The notes under the pieces were generated by a model that was given only the letters and a program-made list of their open reading frames with translations, was not told the DNA's origin and did no database searches. Shown piece after piece: positions 28,916 to 39,126 of a stretch of DNA of 64,000 nt (positions within the stretch are counted from its first letter, which is position 1; each line of letters begins with the position of its first letter). Position numbers and translations under genes: made by a program. Source of the DNA: Spirochaetaceae bacterium (GTDB taxonomy: Bacteria; Spirochaetota; Spirochaetia; DSM-2461); contig OZ245056.1 in the NCBI GenBank assembly GCA_965224705.1, positions 512,001-576,000 of the forward strand, given 5' to 3'.

Positions 28916-30954
28916 GTTTCAGTAATCATGTAATTGGTGTATGATGCTGTAAGTTTCATCGCCAAAGAAGTCAAAAAATCTAAATGTGTTTCAGTAATCA
29001 TGTAATTGGTGTATGATGCTGTAAGCTTGATCACGGCGGCAAAAAGAAAGCTGATGGCAACGTTTCAGTAATCATGTAATTGGTGTATGATGCTGTAAGT
29101 CTGAATTCTTTTGCGTAGTACCGGGGTAACCTGTCAAGTTAACTGTCCACTTTTTTCATGAAACTCATGATGGCCTGTCTTTCAAGCCGTCAAATGAATC
29201 CCTATGGCCTCATTGGCCGATCGTCCACCCAGTATCCGCCGTGGGTAGTTGTTGACCCAATCCTGTATCTCCCTGATCTCCTTCTTGCTGTAGCACCCTA
29301 TATCACTACCTTTAGGTATGAATCGCCGTACCACGCCATTGGCATTTTCATTGCTTCCCCGCTCCCACGATGAGTATGGGTGCGCGTCGTAAATAGTTGA
29401 TCTCTTGCCCCGGGTTAGGCAGGAGCGTTCCATCTTCTGGCTGTCCATAAATTCACTGCCGTTGTCGCATGTGATTGACTTAAACACCTTCCGAAACTGC
29501 CGACTGCCCAGTTTTTTCTCTAACTTATCCAACGTTTTTACCAGGCTATTTTATGTTCCGTATCGCTCAAGGAGAGTCATCAGAGTTTGTTTGCCCTTGC
29601 CTTCAGCTCCGACAATGCTATCTATTTCCCAATGACCAAATTCTTCCCGTTTTTCAATATAATCCGGTCGGGTTGAAATACTCTTCATGGCTGACTTTGC
29701 TCTGTTGTGCCTCTTATAGCCTTTTGAGCCCTTCTTATGCCTTCTTTTGCCCCGGAGCAGGTACTTCCTGGCATCCCCCAGCAGACCTTCATGAATATAC
29801 CGGTAGAGGGTTCTTGTGCTGATTCTTGTGTCCGTTGGCCATGAGAGCTTCTTATAGTGCATGATGACCGCGTCAGGGCTGTATTTCTTTGCAAGGAGCT
29901 TTCTGATTTCCTTGACAAGTTTGTAATCGGCTCCAGGCTTCAATTCGGGCCCCTTTGCTTCAAGCTCCCTACGAGCCTTCCCCTGGGCAATATCTGCGCT
30001 ATAGGTCTGATATTCAGATAAGTCACTATTGCGAAGCCTGACGGCCCCTCGGTTGAGTTCTCTTCGTATGCTTCTTTCACAGCGATCCAGGATGCTCGCC
30101 ATCTGTTTGATTCTTATCCTGTTTTTCCCTTTTTTGCGAATCATTCTTTCCAGAATAAGCCGTTCTTCCCAGTTGAAGTGTTTCCCCCTTCTACTGCTCG
30201 TGTTATTGTACTCTTGCCCCATATTAACTCCTGTTTTGTTTGTTTTAAGTAGTATACATGAGTTTCATGGGGCTTTTTTACCCTCCTTATTGCGGACAGT
30301 TAATGTTACAATTCACCCTACACACGTTTCAGTAATCATGTAATTGGTGTATGATGCTGTAAGTTGATGGCGGCGGCAAAAAGAAAGCCGACGGCAATGT
30401 TTCAGTAATCATGTAATTGGTGTATGATGCTGTAAGGCAGACCCCCAGGACCAGAACCCCGCCTGGAAATACGTTTCAGTAATCATGTAATTGGTGTATG
30501 ATGCTGTAAGTCAAGAAGGAAATAATGAAGGGGTTCTATTATCAGTTTCAGTAATCATGTAATTGGTGTATGATGCTGTAAGCTCAATGCTCTATGAGAT
30601 TATTGCTCACACGGTCTAGTTTCAGTAATCATGTAATTGGTGTATGATGCTGTAAGTTCAGACAATCTTCAAATTACGTTGAAGGGGATATCGTTTCAGT
30701 AATCATGTAATTGGTGTATGATGCTGTAAGCTTTAAAGGGGGGACATTGACTTAATTTGCCATTTTTGCGTTTCAGTAATCATGTAATTGGTGTATGATG
30801 CTGTAAGGATACCGGAGGGGGATAATGAAGTGCTGGTCAGTAGTTTCAGTAATCATGTAATTGGTGTATGATGCTGTAAGAGATATGCGGGGCAGGTCAG
30901 TTCCAGGAAAGTTTACGTTTCAGTAATCATGTAATTGGTGTATGATGCTGTAAG
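28916..30954 (+). CRISPR. Type II-B CRISPR array: 12 identical 38-bp repeats GTTTCAGTAATCATGTAATTGGTGTATGATGCTGTAAG, 11 spacers (34-39 bp; third split by IS30)
   Basis: Repeats start at 28916, 28988, 29062, 30326, 30399, 30473, 30545, 30619, 30693, 30770, 30843, 30917. Confidence 0.98.
29125..30317 (-). mobile_element. IS30-family element with interrupted transposase, inserted in spacer 3
   Basis: GHWEIDSIVG, ITCDNGSEF, PYSSWERGSNENANG; imperfect TIR GGTAACCTGTCAAGTTAACTGTCC / GGTGAATTGTAACATTAACTGTCC; stop at 29551. Confidence 0.9.
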
Positions 30955-30994
30955 CCCGCCGCAACTCTTTTTACAGAAAAAGGTTGCGGCGGGA
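30955..30994 (+). terminator. Hairpin after the last repeat, probable pre-crRNA terminator
   Basis: CCCGCCGCAAC...GTTGCGGCGGG stem. Confidence 0.65.
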
Positions 30995-31073
30995 CTTGCC
31001 TCTGATTTTATCGAAAAGCTGATATTTACGTAAAATAGTTGACTTTTTGCGAAAAAAAGATTATTTTTGAGAA

Positions 31074-31156
31074 ACCAATTACGTGATTCTGTAATCACCC
31101 AAAAGTATTTTGATCGGCACCTCTGCCAGGCTCTGCCTGGCACGTCTGTGTTTTAT
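31074..31156 (+). ncRNA. tracrRNA (type II-B)
   Basis: Anti-repeat ACCAATTACGTGATTCTGTAA versus repeat reverse complement ACCAATTACATGATTACTGAAAC; upstream TTGACT-N17-TATTTT; tail AAAAGTATTTTGA..CGG..ACCTCTG..CACGTCTG resembles Francisella novicida tracrRNA as recalled. Confidence 0.85.
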
Positions 31157-31728
31157 TCCCTGTCATTACAGCGGTTAAGGTATTCACAATTCGTACACTG
31201 ATTGATTGAAGCGGGAGAATCCGGTTTAATTCCTTTTCTTACCATGGTTTGAATCTCTCTAATACTGCTAAGTACATCATTTTTCATACTCTGTGTAAAC
31301 ACTATTTTATGTAATGATTTTTTGCCCTCCGCCAGAAAACCATAGGGACAATTCTTGCGGAAAACCTCTTCCGCCATCAAACCATAGGCGGCCAGCTGCA
31401 GAATTCCTCCCTTTTTTCGGTAAGTTGAAGCCAGCTTGAACTCCACAGGATACACCTGCTCCTCTGTTTCCACAAGCATATCGGCAATGCCGTGGAGATT
31501 GAATCTTTTGGAAGTCAGATGGTAATCAAAGTAAACCTTCCCCTGCTCCAGGCCAAAGCGGGATAGATTTCTGCGCTGCCATAGTTTTATTTCATCCTGA
31601 TGAAACCTCTCTCCCTGATTCACCCATATCGGATAGACCGGAGTAAAGGATGTCAGCTCCATGTAGTAGACAATTCTGGGGCAGTAATGCCATTGGCGGA
31701 TATAATTGGCGGGAATGCTAGATAACAC
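31153..31728 (-). CDS. cas4: CRISPR-associated Cas4
   Basis: QWHYCPR, GIAD, VEFK, QLAAY, C-terminal CxxCxYxxxC. Confidence 0.92.
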   Translation of the reverse strand: MLSSIPANYIRQWHYCPRIVYYMELTSFTPVYPIWVNQGERFHQDEIKLWQRRNLSRFGLEQGKVYFDYHLTSKRFNLHGIADMLVETEEQVYPVEFKLASTYRKKGGILQLAAYGLMAEEVFRKNCPYGFLAEGKKSLHKIVFTQSMKNDVLSSIREIQTMVRKGIKPDSPASINQCTNCEYLNRCNDRE

Positions 31729-32017
31729 AGTTCTCCTTCCAGTCCTCGAAATCCTTCTTCTTATGCCCAATCAAATAGCTGAAGCCGCGGCCGTTAAAAT
31801 TCGTCCGGGTAATCAGGGTTTTATCCTCTTTTTTGACCAGGTGACTGATGAAACGGCGTATTCCATTGAGTTCCGCCTGTGTCAGATATCCCCAGAACAC
31901 CGATTTCTGCATGGGTTTAAGCCCATTTTTCGCCAGTTCATTGTAAACCTTCTTCCGTATCTTGTTATCTTCTATATCGTAGCAGACAAGGTATTCCTGT
32001 CTGAGAATCAATCCCAT
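31718..32017 (-). CDS. cas2: CRISPR-associated Cas2
   Basis: LVCYDIED..R, QKSVF. Confidence 0.95.
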   Translation of the reverse strand: MGLILRQEYLVCYDIEDNKIRKKVYNELAKNGLKPMQKSVFWGYLTQAELNGIRRFISHLVKKEDKTLITRTNFNGRGFSYLIGHKKKDFEDWKENCVI

Positions 32018-32021
32018 ACCA

Positions 32022-32981
32022 TCACCATTTGAACAGATAGGGCCGGTATTTTTTGTCCCCGCAGAAATGGCCGCTTAGACGGTAAACCTGCCGCTGGATA
32101 ATGTGCTCCAGCTTTACCTGTTTTTTTCTGTAGGGATATTTCTTGCTGCAGGTACGCTGTATCTCCTGAATAAGAGTCTGCTTCAGCCTGGGGGTCAAAC
32201 TCCCAGCCCCTTCGCTTTGAGAACGCAGCTTTATCACCGCCCGATCCACCACCCAGGCCCGGTATTCCTCCATAATATCCAGCACCAAAGACATTTTTCC
32301 GGGCCGGACCGCATGGAGTATGCCCAGATAGGGTTCCAGGCCGGCGTTTTCAACCGCCCCCAGAATAGTACTGCTTAAAACAGCGTACCCCAGATTGAGC
32401 ATACTGTTGTTGATTTCCTGACTGCCCCGCCCCTCCCGGCAGCGAAATGACGATGAAAACAACCCGGCTTTGTTCAAGGCTTCAAAATAGCTTCGGGCAC
32501 TGCTTCCCTCCAGGCCAAGAAGGGCTTCGGGAGTTGGACAATTTCCGGCTTTCAGGATGCACTCCTTCAAGCCCTCCGAGGCGTTGAGCAGTTCGGGGTT
32601 TTTGTGGTACTTGGACAGATAGTTCAACACCGCCCGCTGGTTTTTGATTTTGGCCGTTATGATAGTTCGGGCAAGGGGCAGCCTGTCACCATCGCAGTAT
32701 CTGTACTGGTGAAGACGGGCGGCCGCAACGCCATGACGGTTATTTCCAATCAGTACCGCCTGGGATGTTCCCTTAAAATCCAGGAAAAAAAGCTTAATCC
32801 CTCGGGCGCTAAAGACCTCTATCAGATCGGATGAAAAGCTTATTCCCCGGCGGGCGATGCTTAGGGTGCTCAGCCGATTGAGGGGATAGTGTTTTTCCTG
32901 CCTGTCCGCGTTCCGTACCGAGAGCAGCCCGTTTCTTACGCCGACGAAGGAGCCGTATTCACTGATCACCAGATGTTTCAT
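32022..32981 (-). CDS. cas1: CRISPR-associated Cas1
   Basis: GLEG..ARSYF, NSMLNLGY, GLEPYLGILH, LVLDIMEEYR..VD. Confidence 0.95.
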   Translation of the reverse strand: MKHLVISEYGSFVGVRNGLLSVRNADRQEKHYPLNRLSTLSIARRGISFSSDLIEVFSARGIKLFFLDFKGTSQAVLIGNNRHGVAAARLHQYRYCDGDRLPLARTIITAKIKNQRAVLNYLSKYHKNPELLNASEGLKECILKAGNCPTPEALLGLEGSSARSYFEALNKAGLFSSSFRCREGRGSQEINNSMLNLGYAVLSSTILGAVENAGLEPYLGILHAVRPGKMSLVLDIMEEYRAWVVDRAVIKLRSQSEGAGSLTPRLKQTLIQEIQRTCSKKYPYRKKQVKLEHIIQRQVYRLSGHFCGDKKYRPYLFKW

Positions 32982-35900
32982 CGGGCATAATCCGGTTGTG
33001 AAAGAGTTCCTTCAATTGACTTCCACCAGCCCCTTTGTAGGGAGGCAGGGTTTGTCCGGCCAGATATTCTTTGGTTTCCTTTTGCCAGGCATCCTCATTT
33101 TTCTTTTTATCCCCGTCAAACCGTCTCTTACACAAGGGGTCTTCCCTGAAAAGTTTGATCAAATCAAATTCCGTGTTATCTTTGGCAAGTTCGAGTTTTA
33201 TCATCGGACGGGTATTGTTGGGAATTAGAAAAAAGATTCTCGCTATGCCCTCGGGAAGTGGTTTTTTGGCGGCATCAAGTTCATACCATTTTTCAGGGTC
33301 AATAGCTTCCCCTGCCTGAAATTTATCATCGGAAAGTTTGACAAAACTACCGGATATGCCCCAGGAAGACATTTGCGTACCCAATTTACCATCGGCAGTG
33401 AAGACGGGTATTCCAATCTTGTTATCAACAGAACGGGAGTCCGAATCGTTGACAATCTGAAAGATGGTTTTTCCCTCCCAGGTCTGCCGTCGAAGCATGT
33501 ACTTACCTTCGGATGTCAAAATCGGCAGGGAAAACACCTTGCGGACCTTCTGATGGGGGTGTTTTTTACTATTTACGCGGAAGTAGCTTCGCAGAAAGGT
33601 GCCAAAGTCTTTATCGTCACGATGTTTTTCCCATTCTTTTTTAAGATTTATCCAGCTTTGACGCTGGGGGATGGTGATGGCTGTTCCATTGGATGGAAAT
33701 TTAGTCTGGAAGTTTTTTTTATTGGCTATTGTAGCAAAGAGGTTTTTTTTCTTTTCCTTTTTTTCTTCTTGCAGAGTAAGTTTACGCTTCTCTGTGCGAT
33801 AACCCAGGCCGGAATAGCAGAATTTAGCAAAGCCATCAAAGGGGACTCCCGTTTTTGTATTGTGTTTTTCCATCCAGTACTTATGCAGCTTCAGTTTATC
33901 GATGGTCAGGGTTATACAGCCGCCGGTTTTGATTTTGGGGATATTGACCAGCCAGTCATATAGCTCACCCAGCGACTTGAATGGAGGGGGTGTTTCCGGA
34001 TAGTGTACGCGCTGTTTCAAAAGGGGCAGCAGCCGGTTGAGGAAATCTATCTTGGGAGATTTCCACTGACCGGAATTTGTCCAGTCGAAACCGGCCTTGA
34101 CGCTAATCTTTCCATCTTTTTCCTTTTTCATCAGAACAGGCAGGTAATGGTCGCCGTACATGGTGTCTCTGGTGTAGGCCCTGTGTCGGGTGAACTCTTC
34201 CCTCGGCTTTCTTCGACTTAGAGCGATGACTGAAAAATCAGCAGAATCCGCACGAACCAGAGTATCGGTAAACAGGTTTTCGCGGGAGACTTCGCCGGTT
34301 TTCCTGTTGACGGGAAAAAGGCCTCTGTCTTCAGAAAAAACAAGTTGAAGACTGCCCTCCCTCTTGTGGCGGTCCGCTGTCAGCAGAAAGGCCATCTGGG
34401 CATCCAGAAGATGGGAGTAGGATTCTTGTTTCTGCTCCGGTGCCTTGGCATACTTCTCTATTTCATCGTCCATGAATTCATATAGTTTTCTAAGGTCCTT
34501 TATGCCGTCTCCCTTGGAGTTGCTCACCGCCTCCACGCCAAAGTAGTCAAAATCAATCAGTTCTTGCCTGCCCAGGGAAAGGGCTTTTTTATAAAACGCA
34601 TTGGCCAAAATCTCGGCGAAGTAGCGCTGGGTGCCGTTTACCAATGCCCGGCTTCTGTTGTCTATGGCCTGGAGTACCGCCTTCTTGAGAGGATGCTCAT
34701 TGCCCAGAAACAGGGCATGGCGAAAGGCCTTTTGCTGCTCCTCCTCCAAATTGACAAAGTTCTTATATCGTCCAAACTTAAACTGCCCTCTGTCCGCATC
34801 CCAGATTGTTTCGACAATCTTTTTTTCTATCACCCCATCGTCGGCGGTGTCAAAGATTTTCTGCTTGTAATGAGTATGAAGGTTTGAAAGGGTGTAGAAT
34901 CGCTCCAGCTTGTCGTTGTTTCCCTTCTTGCTGGCATAGATGAGATTGGCCTCATCATTGAGGGTGCCGTATCTGGATGATCGGGGAATAATGTGGTCCA
35001 GTTCGCCATCGTTTCCAGCGAGGCTCCCCGTGTAGGGGCATATTCCCCCTCCCGCAGCCTGGATTCTTTTTTCCTTGTCTTCTATCGTGGGTGCTTTTCC
35101 TGCGTCTTTTTTGCTAGATTTTTTTTTGGCTTTATCCCCCTTAATCGTTCGCAGGGATGGTTCAAATTCAAAGCGGTTGGATTCGGTGATAATGGGAACC
35201 CGAACACGGGTTCCCTGTGCCAGAGACTTTTGGATGCGGGGCCATTGATCTTCGGCTATCTGTTTGGTCAGGATTCTGGTCATCCGCATAACGCCCCCAT
35301 CTATCAAGCGGGTGGGAATGGCCGGAAGACGCTGAGCTTTGGCTCCCATGTCGTCCTGCTGCTCGATGCTCTCCATTCTATAGCTGTTATCCATGCTGCA
35401 AACCGGGCAGGTATTGGAGTTTCCCGTTCGGCCCGTAAAAACAATGTTGTATATCTGGGCAAAGGAAAAAACCGATTCAAACTTTTTTACTCTGGCTTCG
35501 GTTTCTTCCGACTTTCCAAACAGTTTTTCTCCAATTTTTTTACTGAATTTGATTGAGTTATCGCGGAGGGCCGTTAGCTTCTTATCCTTACCCATGGCAA
35601 TACGAACTCCCAGATACCCCTTGTGATCCTTTTGAGCCTCGGCGCATTTTTTGCAATGGTCTTTCATTTTGAAATCCTTGATCCACTCCAGCAGCTCATC
35701 ATCGCTGCTGGATCCGATTTTATCTTTCAGGAAATCCGGGTTCACCTGCAGAACACCGGCCAAGTCATGAAACATCTGGTAGCGTTTTTGCCGGGGTTTG
35801 TGGTTGCAGTAGATCAGCAGTTTGCCAGTGTTATCGAAGCGGGTGGTTCTTTCATAACCCCTTTTACCGTTGTGTTTGTATTCGGGATGGATAAAAATCC

Positions 35901-37788
35901 GCCCATCCCTGGCCCGCTGCCGCATTTTGTAATACCGGCAGACAAAGTGGAGAAATTCGCCGTTGGGAAAAATATCATCGCGGTTAAAGTCAGGCTTGGT
36001 TTTCAGTAAATCCGGGAGGCGGCTTTCTTCTATGGCTTCGGCCAGTTCTTTCCGTACATCTTTAGCTGATTTTTCCTGGCGTATTTTCTTTGTGCGGCTG
36101 TAGATTTCATTGAGCTTCAGGGGGTCGGAGGCCTTGCTCCGATCCAATATAAAGTGTAGCACTCTGGCATCCAGGTCAGCCATATTTCTTTTCTGGGAGT
36201 CCGTGCGCAACTCGCCGGAAAATTCTCCGGTATAATATGGCTTGCCCTTGCTGCTTTGCAGCTTTTCCAGTCTATCCCGGAAGTTTCCCAGATACTCCAC
36301 TGCCGCCTCTTCCAAAAGGGAGAGCCACTCTTTCCACCGGGGGTATTTTTGGTCAAGAAACCCGGAATGGAGTATCAGGCTTTGACAGCGCGGCGGGCGG
36401 CGGTTGTTGTTATCCTGATAGGGGGGAATTGTGCTGATGGGCGCTTCGGTCATCCAGAAATCGACAATCCCGCCGCTGTGCTTCGTCCAGCGTTCTTTGA
36501 GGGCCTTGTAATCCTGCGGCTTTCCGGGCTGTTTTTCCCGGTCGGTATCCGGATTAACCCTCCATTCCCGCAGCAGCCACTTGTCAAAGCAGTTTGTCAG
36601 TCTGGCTTCATCCCAGAAATCACCGCCTCGGTGTGCTTTGTTATCGAAATACTTCCTCAGCGGCTTTAGTTCCAAATTGCTTATGTGGCCAATCAAGTTG
36701 GTCAGTTTTTCCGGGCTTGTTCCCGAGTACTTTCCCCCTTGCAGGCTGCTGCAAAACCGCTTGAGATACCCATGGGTATGATCCTTGCGGCTAAGAACTT
36801 CCAGCACCTCATCAAAGTACTTTTTGCGGTGCCGTCCGCCCGATACCAGCTCACCATGAACCTTATAGAGTGCGTAGGTCAGGTGGTGGATGTGCGACTT
36901 GTCGTACTCCTTTTCGTCGGGGTCGCTCAGATTGAGTTTGTCCATATCGCACGAAGATTCATCGAAATCCCACATTGAATCCTTGCGGGACTTTGTTTTG
37001 GCCGTGTAGTCCGGCACTGTGTCCCGTATCCGCTGTATCCGGTCCTGGTTTTCGGCTGCGTACTCGGTCATATTCATTGATTTGGCATCATTCGGTACTC
37101 CCTCCAGTCCCTGAACACCGGATTCAATCCACCTGTCGATAATCCAGCGGGAAAGCTGCTGCAGAGTTTTGCCTTTTTTATTCAGATCAACTCCGGAGGC
37201 ATTATCCAATACCAGTTGGCAATACTCTTTAAGGAGCTTTGTTCTGCCGTAATACTGCAAGTCATCTTTACCCTCTTTGGCCTTTTTGACCTCTTTGCAT
37301 AGTGCTTCCAGGGCTTCGCCGCATTTTTCCTGGTTGCCCGCAAGTTCTTGCAATACCCGGTCCAAATCTATGCGTCCCCCTTCTTCGGCATCCACCATGT
37401 TCTTGAAGTCACTGGGGAGTTTCGACCACACTTCCGCAGGAAAGCAGGAGAGCACGGACTTGTCGTATTCCTCGGTAAGAACACTGAATCCCCGGCGGTT
37501 CAGCAGAAATCCGATGCTTTGGGAAACATCCGCATTCCAGGGAAGGCAAAGGTGCTTCTCCCAGATAAGCCGGAAGAGCCGTTTGGCCATTTGCCGCCGG
37601 TCCATTCCCCGGCGCTGATGCCGTGTGGCGGTACGGCCCACCATAAGCAGGGTGTAAGCATTTTTTTCCAGATTGTACACGGTTCCTGATCTTTCAATAT
37701 TCCTGGCATCACTTCCGGCGGGGTAGTGCGCACTGTACACGCCGGTATGGGCGGCACCTAAGTCAATGGCTATGGGATTTATATTCAT
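32959..37788 (-). CDS. cas9: Type II-B Cas9 (Csx12-like), 1609 aa
   Basis: RuvC-I IAIDLG, bridge helix RTATRHQRR, NNNRRPPRCQSL, IITESNRFEFE, HNH ELDHIIPRS..TLNDEANLI, RuvC-III SHLLDA; cas4 present. Confidence 0.97.
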   Translation of the reverse strand: MNINPIAIDLGAAHTGVYSAHYPAGSDARNIERSGTVYNLEKNAYTLLMVGRTATRHQRRGMDRRQMAKRLFRLIWEKHLCLPWNADVSQSIGFLLNRRGFSVLTEEYDKSVLSCFPAEVWSKLPSDFKNMVDAEEGGRIDLDRVLQELAGNQEKCGEALEALCKEVKKAKEGKDDLQYYGRTKLLKEYCQLVLDNASGVDLNKKGKTLQQLSRWIIDRWIESGVQGLEGVPNDAKSMNMTEYAAENQDRIQRIRDTVPDYTAKTKSRKDSMWDFDESSCDMDKLNLSDPDEKEYDKSHIHHLTYALYKVHGELVSGGRHRKKYFDEVLEVLSRKDHTHGYLKRFCSSLQGGKYSGTSPEKLTNLIGHISNLELKPLRKYFDNKAHRGGDFWDEARLTNCFDKWLLREWRVNPDTDREKQPGKPQDYKALKERWTKHSGGIVDFWMTEAPISTIPPYQDNNNRRPPRCQSLILHSGFLDQKYPRWKEWLSLLEEAAVEYLGNFRDRLEKLQSSKGKPYYTGEFSGELRTDSQKRNMADLDARVLHFILDRSKASDPLKLNEIYSRTKKIRQEKSAKDVRKELAEAIEESRLPDLLKTKPDFNRDDIFPNGEFLHFVCRYYKMRQRARDGRIFIHPEYKHNGKRGYERTTRFDNTGKLLIYCNHKPRQKRYQMFHDLAGVLQVNPDFLKDKIGSSSDDELLEWIKDFKMKDHCKKCAEAQKDHKGYLGVRIAMGKDKKLTALRDNSIKFSKKIGEKLFGKSEETEARVKKFESVFSFAQIYNIVFTGRTGNSNTCPVCSMDNSYRMESIEQQDDMGAKAQRLPAIPTRLIDGGVMRMTRILTKQIAEDQWPRIQKSLAQGTRVRVPIITESNRFEFEPSLRTIKGDKAKKKSSKKDAGKAPTIEDKEKRIQAAGGGICPYTGSLAGNDGELDHIIPRSSRYGTLNDEANLIYASKKGNNDKLERFYTLSNLHTHYKQKIFDTADDGVIEKKIVETIWDADRGQFKFGRYKNFVNLEEEQQKAFRHALFLGNEHPLKKAVLQAIDNRSRALVNGTQRYFAEILANAFYKKALSLGRQELIDFDYFGVEAVSNSKGDGIKDLRKLYEFMDDEIEKYAKAPEQKQESYSHLLDAQMAFLLTADRHKREGSLQLVFSEDRGLFPVNRKTGEVSRENLFTDTLVRADSADFSVIALSRRKPREEFTRHRAYTRDTMYGDHYLPVLMKKEKDGKISVKAGFDWTNSGQWKSPKIDFLNRLLPLLKQRVHYPETPPPFKSLGELYDWLVNIPKIKTGGCITLTIDKLKLHKYWMEKHNTKTGVPFDGFAKFCYSGLGYRTEKRKLTLQEEKKEKKKNLFATIANKKNFQTKFPSNGTAITIPQRQSWINLKKEWEKHRDDKDFGTFLRSYFRVNSKKHPHQKVRKVFSLPILTSEGKYMLRRQTWEGKTIFQIVNDSDSRSVDNKIGIPVFTADGKLGTQMSSWGISGSFVKLSDDKFQAGEAIDPEKWYELDAAKKPLPEGIARIFFLIPNNTRPMIKLELAKDNTEFDLIKLFREDPLCKRRFDGDKKKNEDAWQKETKEYLAGQTLPPYKGAGGSQLKELFHNRIMPDETSGDQ

Positions 37789-37936
37789 GGACTGAATATA
37801 CTAAACGAAAAATACTATATCAAGGAATTCGATTTTCCCCAAACCACCATGGCTGCCCAATCAGCCAATTCCAGCCTTTTATCAACTAGTTTCCAGAAGG
37901 TATTGCAAGTATTCGGAGTATAAGCTAATATGGGGC

Positions 37937-38516
37937 GTGGCTAGGATTACCATTCAGACTAAAGTCAGAGCACCTGTTGAAAAAGGTGTGGGACTTTTAC
38001 ACCGAGCCGAAGCATGTCAAGCACTGGGAGCCTGTCGAACTTACGTCTCACGGCTCGATTTTTGCCCTTTTTTCCCGCTACCGCGTTGCCAAAATGCTCA
38101 CGTAGCCCAGCTACGCTCCGCTTTTGCCGCCTTGTATCGGAAAAAAATCATCAAAAATCGCCTCGAAGCCTTAAAGTCCGACAGACTCCTGGAACAATGC
38201 AAGCGAAGACTGGCACACGCCGCAGGCCGAAAACGAGCTTGGACCCGGCGGAACATTTTCATACCGGATGGAAGCAAAGGACGAGAGCAGGGGCTTTGAT
38301 TATACCGGGACCTTTGAAGATGTCGTCGCCTGCAAGTCGCTCAAATCAAGCCTCGCAGACGGGCGAAAGGTGGAGGCTTCTTTCTCCGGCGTTGGAGCCG
38401 AAACAACAGTCGTCGTCAGATTTGATCCCGACAAACAGGTATCGGAAGACATGCAAAAAGCTGGCTGGCAGGCGATCCTGGACAACTTCAAAAAATATAC
38501 GGAACAAGGAGTCTGA
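37937..38516 (+). pseudogene. SRPBCC/AHA1-like protein, frameshifted and MITE-interrupted
   Basis: Reconstructs to MARITIQTKVRAPVEKVWDFYTEPKHVKHW|NNASEDWH..FSYRMEAKD..GWQAILDNFKKY. Confidence 0.85.
38027..38188 (+). mobile_element. MITE family A with CTGG target duplication
   Basis: CTGG-GAGCCTGTCG...CGACAGACTC-CTGG. Confidence 0.9.
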
Positions 38517-38519
38517 TTT

Positions 38520-38945
38520 ATGAAGGTTAATCCCTATCTCAATTTCCCCGGCAGCGCCGAAGAGGCTTTTACTTTTTATAAGTCCATCTTTGGGGGCGAG
38601 CCATCTGTGTTAAAGTTTAAGGATATGCCGCCCATGGAAGGTGTTGAGATATCGAAGGAAGATGCGGAAAAAGTCATGCATATTTCCCTGCCATTGGGCA
38701 AGGACATTCTGCTGATGGCCTCCGACGTCCTGGAATCGCTGGGACAGAGCTACAAAGAGGGCAATAATATCTCTGTTTCTTTGCACCCGGATTCAAAGGA
38801 AGAGGCCGACCGAATCTTTCAGAAGCTCTCTGAAGGAGCCGAGATTGAGATGCCTATAGAGGACCAGTTCTGGGGCGATTACTTCGGCTCCCTGAAGGAC
38901 AAATTCGGTGTTCAATGGATGGTCAATTATAACGCCGAGTTTTAG
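38520..38945 (+). CDS. VOC/PhnB-family protein
   Basis: PYLNF.G.AEEAF.FY, MH..L, FWG.YFG.L.DKFGVQWMVN. Confidence 0.9.
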   Translation: MKVNPYLNFPGSAEEAFTFYKSIFGGEPSVLKFKDMPPMEGVEISKEDAEKVMHISLPLGKDILLMASDVLESLGQSYKEGNNISVSLHPDSKEEADRIFQKLSEGAEIEMPIEDQFWGDYFGSLKDKFGVQWMVNYNAEF

Positions 38946-39126
38946 GGAACAAAAAGAATAAACTTGTAGATATTCTGTTATTGCGTCAGTAATAGCCGGA
39001 GCTGCTGAAAGCATACCTTTTTTATATACCATCTCTTCGCCCGCCATTCGGAGGTCTGGACATTTTCCTTACCATTCAGAGAATTGCGGAACGGGTAGAT
39101 AGTCTTACCCTGATGATGCTTCCTTT

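Noticed and set aside
28954..30916. Self-targeting spacers
   Set aside because: No match to this window found by eye; a computed search is needed to exclude it
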